Of a stretch of 59,481 nucleotides of DNA, positions 57,056 through 59,481 are shown piece by piece (position 1 is the first letter of the stretch; the number at the start of each line of letters is the position of its first letter). This stretch comes from Verrucomicrobiota bacterium (GTDB taxonomy: Bacteria > Verrucomicrobiota > Verrucomicrobiia > Verrucomicrobiales > Akkermansiaceae). The notes beneath the pieces were generated by a model, which saw nothing but the letters and a program-made list of their open reading frames with translations, did no database searches and was not told where the DNA came from. Location of the stretch: the NCBI GenBank assembly GCA_037141475.1, contig JBAXCM010000001.1, forward strand, positions 1-59,481. Direction: 5' to 3'. Made by a program: the position numbers and the translations under genes.

Positions 57056-57832
57056 ATGAATTGCAAATCGTTGGAGGGAAAAGTCGGGGTCGTGTTTGGC
57101 GTGGCTAACAAGCGTAGCATCGCTTGGGCCATTGCGCAGGCATGGGCAGATCAGGGTGTGAAGTTGATTTTCAACTACCAAGGGGAACGGGTGAAGGAGA
57201 ACGTCGAAGAACTCACCGCCACCTTCGGCGAAGACGTCCCACTCTATCCCTGTGACGTCACCAGCGACGCGGAAATTGACACGTTTTTCCAAAATGTCCG
57301 CAAGCACACGTCGCAGGTGGACTTGTTGCTGCACTCGGTGGCCTATGCCCCGCGCGAGGCGCTGGAAGGACGATTTCTCTCGACCAGCCGAGAAGCCTAT
57401 CGCATCGCTCATGATATCTCCGCATACTCGCTCATCGCACTGGCCCAACGCGTCGAACCCCTCATGACCCAAGGCGGCAGCATTCTCGCCATGAGCTATT
57501 ATGGCGCCGAAAAAGTCGTGCCGAATTACAATATCATGGGTGTGGCCAAGGCCAGCCTCGAAGCATCTACCCGTTATCTGGCTTGGGATATGGGCAAAAA
57601 GGCGATCCGCGTCAATTGCATCAGTGCCGGCCCCGTTCAAACGCTCGCCGCACGCGGGATTGGCGGGTTCAGTCAGATGATCAAGCAATACAGCGAACGT
57701 GCGCCGTTAGGCCGCACGTGCAGTCTTGAGGAAATTGGCGCCACTGGCGTGTTCCTTGCCAGTGACGGCGCAGCCGCCATCACCGGCCAGGTCCTGTACG
57801 TCGATGGCGGCTATCAAATCATGGGGATGTAG
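57056..57832 (+). CDS. fabI: Enoyl-ACP reductase
   Basis: GVANKRSIAWAIA, LLHSVAYAP, YNIMGVAKASLE, ISAGPVQTLAA and TGQVLYVDGG. Confidence 0.96.
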   Translation: MNCKSLEGKVGVVFGVANKRSIAWAIAQAWADQGVKLIFNYQGERVKENVEELTATFGEDVPLYPCDVTSDAEIDTFFQNVRKHTSQVDLLLHSVAYAPREALEGRFLSTSREAYRIAHDISAYSLIALAQRVEPLMTQGGSILAMSYYGAEKVVPNYNIMGVAKASLEASTRYLAWDMGKKAIRVNCISAGPVQTLAARGIGGFSQMIKQYSERAPLGRTCSLEEIGATGVFLASDGAAAITGQVLYVDGGYQIMGM

Positions 57833-57848
57833 CCTCTAGCGGGTGCCA

Positions 57849-58682
57849 CTAATCTTTTGAGATCTCGGTGGCGATTTTGTCGAAAGCAGCGACGCACTGG
57901 GGGATCGTCGCGTCGAGGTGGGCAAGATCGCCGTGCTCATATTCCATGTTCAGGCGGCCATGAAACCCCTGGCGCTTGAGCTCTTGCAACATGCCTTTGA
58001 CGTTGGCGATGCCGCTGCCATAAACGACGTCTTCCTTCTTCTCGTCCAAATCCTTGAAGTGCGATTCTATAACACGTCCATCTAGCAATTTCAAATTCGC
58101 AATCGGATCCTTGCCCGCCCGCAGCCAGTGGCCGGTGTCAGCGCACGAACCGCAATTCTTGCTCAAGTCCTTGGTCGCCGCCAGCACCTTGTCGGCCGGC
58201 CAGGACTGAGGGTGGTTGTGCAGTGCGATCCGAATGCCGGTTGCCTGCGCCATCTTGTCGAGAGCCTCGTTAGGAGTCACTTCGGTGACTAGCACTTCGA
58301 GACCGACCTTTTTTGCCCAGGCGAAATGTTTCTTCATGCCAGGTTCATCCATCGGGATATCACTGACGCCGAAGCTGGCGATTTTCACACCGCAGGCTTT
58401 GGCCTTGCCGCAGAGTTCGGCGATTTCGGCGTCGCTCATGCCAGGGCCGACTGCAATCTCGGCACCGGGCTTCATTTTCTGACCAGGGAAAATCTCGAGA
58501 TACTTGATCCCGAATTTCTGGCAACGTTCGATGGTCTCGAATGTGGTTAGCATGCGATACGTCCAACATTGCATGCCGAGTTGGAGCCCGAGTTTTTCAG
58601 CGGCGGCGTCATTACGTTCCGCACGGGCGGAAACGCTCATCAACGTCAGGGCGCTAGCGAGGGTGATGGTCAGGCGTGTCAT
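57849..58682 (-). CDS. Secreted sugar-phosphate isomerase/epimerase-family (xylose-isomerase-like TIM barrel) protein
   Basis: Signal peptide, IALHNH, CADTGHW, HFKD and MEYE metal-binding motifs. Confidence 0.85.
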   Translation of the reverse strand: MTRLTITLASALTLMSVSARAERNDAAAEKLGLQLGMQCWTYRMLTTFETIERCQKFGIKYLEIFPGQKMKPGAEIAVGPGMSDAEIAELCGKAKACGVKIASFGVSDIPMDEPGMKKHFAWAKKVGLEVLVTEVTPNEALDKMAQATGIRIALHNHPQSWPADKVLAATKDLSKNCGSCADTGHWLRAGKDPIANLKLLDGRVIESHFKDLDEKKEDVVYGSGIANVKGMLQELKRQGFHGRLNMEYEHGDLAHLDATIPQCVAAFDKIATEISKD

Positions 58683-59086
58683 AGGATTTGTTGCTTTCTT
58701 TTGTGGTGAATCAGGGATGCTAAGGCATAGGGACCCGTCATTATGGTGTCCCGGCTCGCCGTTCAGCTATAATCGGCCGGCGCGTATTGTCAATGATCGG
58801 TTCCGTTTTGTTGCTGCAATGGGTGAAGGGGGCACCGGCACCTCTCACAACGAACCCAGTTGGATCAGCCTAGAGTCGATGTCCAAGTGATTGTCGAATC
58901 CGACGATGACATGTCTGTTGGCGTTATCTTCGGGTATCACTAGATGGTAATTGTACTTGATACTCATGGCTCGATGTCTCCACGGACGAGTGATGCAATC
59001 AAATCTCCCATGCATTCGGGACAAAAACATGGACGAATCGGACGGACGATGATATTTCCAAGCCACAGGTAGAACCCCAACCATTG

Positions 59087-59481
59087 ATGAACCCGACCTA
59101 TCAAACATCCCGCCCGCTGTTGGCATGGCTGACGTGTCTCACACTGCTGGCCCATGCGCCTGTGCTTCCTGCCCAAAGTGCCAACACTGACGTCTTGATC
59201 CAGGACTTCGAGGGTGCCGACTACGGTGGCTGGAAAGTCGAGGGCAAGGCCTTTGGTGCGGGCCCAGCTAAAGGCGGGTTTCCGGGCCAGATGGAAGTCA
59301 CCGGCTTCCTCGGCAAGGGATTGGTCAACACCTATCTCGATGGTGACGGACCGACCGGCAAGCTCACCTCACCCGAGATTACCATCGAGCGGGATTACAT
59401 CACGTTCCTCATCGGCGGCGGCGGCCACAAAGGCAAAACCTGCATGAATTTGTTGATCGATGGTAAGGTCGCCCTAACCGC
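59087..59481 (+). CDS. N-terminal part of a secreted glycoside-hydrolase-type protein (module typical of GH32 levanase/fructosidase); runs off the window
   Basis: Manual translation: signal peptide, then DVLIQDFEGADYGGWKVEGKAFG...GPTGKLTSPEITIERDYITFLIGGG. No stop before the window end; the catalytic domain is not visible. Confidence 0.65.
   Translation, partial: MNPTYQTSRPLLAWLTCLTLLAHAPVLPAQSANTDVLIQDFEGADYGGWKVEGKAFGAGPAKGGFPGQMEVTGFLGKGLVNTYLDGDGPTGKLTSPEITIERDYITFLIGGGGHKGKTCMNLLIDGKVALT

Noticed and set aside
1-59481. CRISPR arrays, tRNA/rRNA genes, transposases/integrases, prophage genes
   Set aside because: No regularly spaced repeats, RNA-gene signatures or recombinase motifs recognised by eye; short RNAs cannot be fully excluded without tRNAscan/Infernal.

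Overview
GC-rich bacterial chromosome segment, most likely from Verrucomicrobiota. This is inferred from the PEP-CTERM protein, a verrucomicrobial-type C-terminal tail and the gene neighbourhood; no database search was run. The left ~38 kb is accessory. It holds a 5'-truncated >3,500-aa TpsA/filamentous-haemagglutinin protein with a DUF3739-type end; a minus-strand group (membrane protein, PstS/DING-like protein, and two paralogous secreted proteins sharing one passenger domain but carrying different C-terminal anchors); an olsF-like/GT4/GH67-like operon; a GT-C-like membrane protein; and a six-gene lipid-handling cluster (YiiX-like amidase, aas, a 2,391-aa polytopic membrane protein, a PlsC-like acyltransferase, an Aur1/PAP2-like enzyme and an RPH-architecture dikinase). 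A TGTGACA-N4-TGTCACA box occurs in four intergenic regions of this block, suggesting one regulon, plausibly a phosphate-starvation envelope-remodelling response. The right ~21 kb is mostly housekeeping: tyrS, acyP, folP, an amidase, a TorF-like porin, a LysM protein, efp with an unusual loop, lpxD, skp, two micro-lipoproteins, leuC-Uma2-leuD, ccoG with a mini-ccoH, a HAD hydrolase, fabI and the start of a GH32-type protein. No rRNA, tRNA, CRISPR array or intact transposase was recognised by eye.
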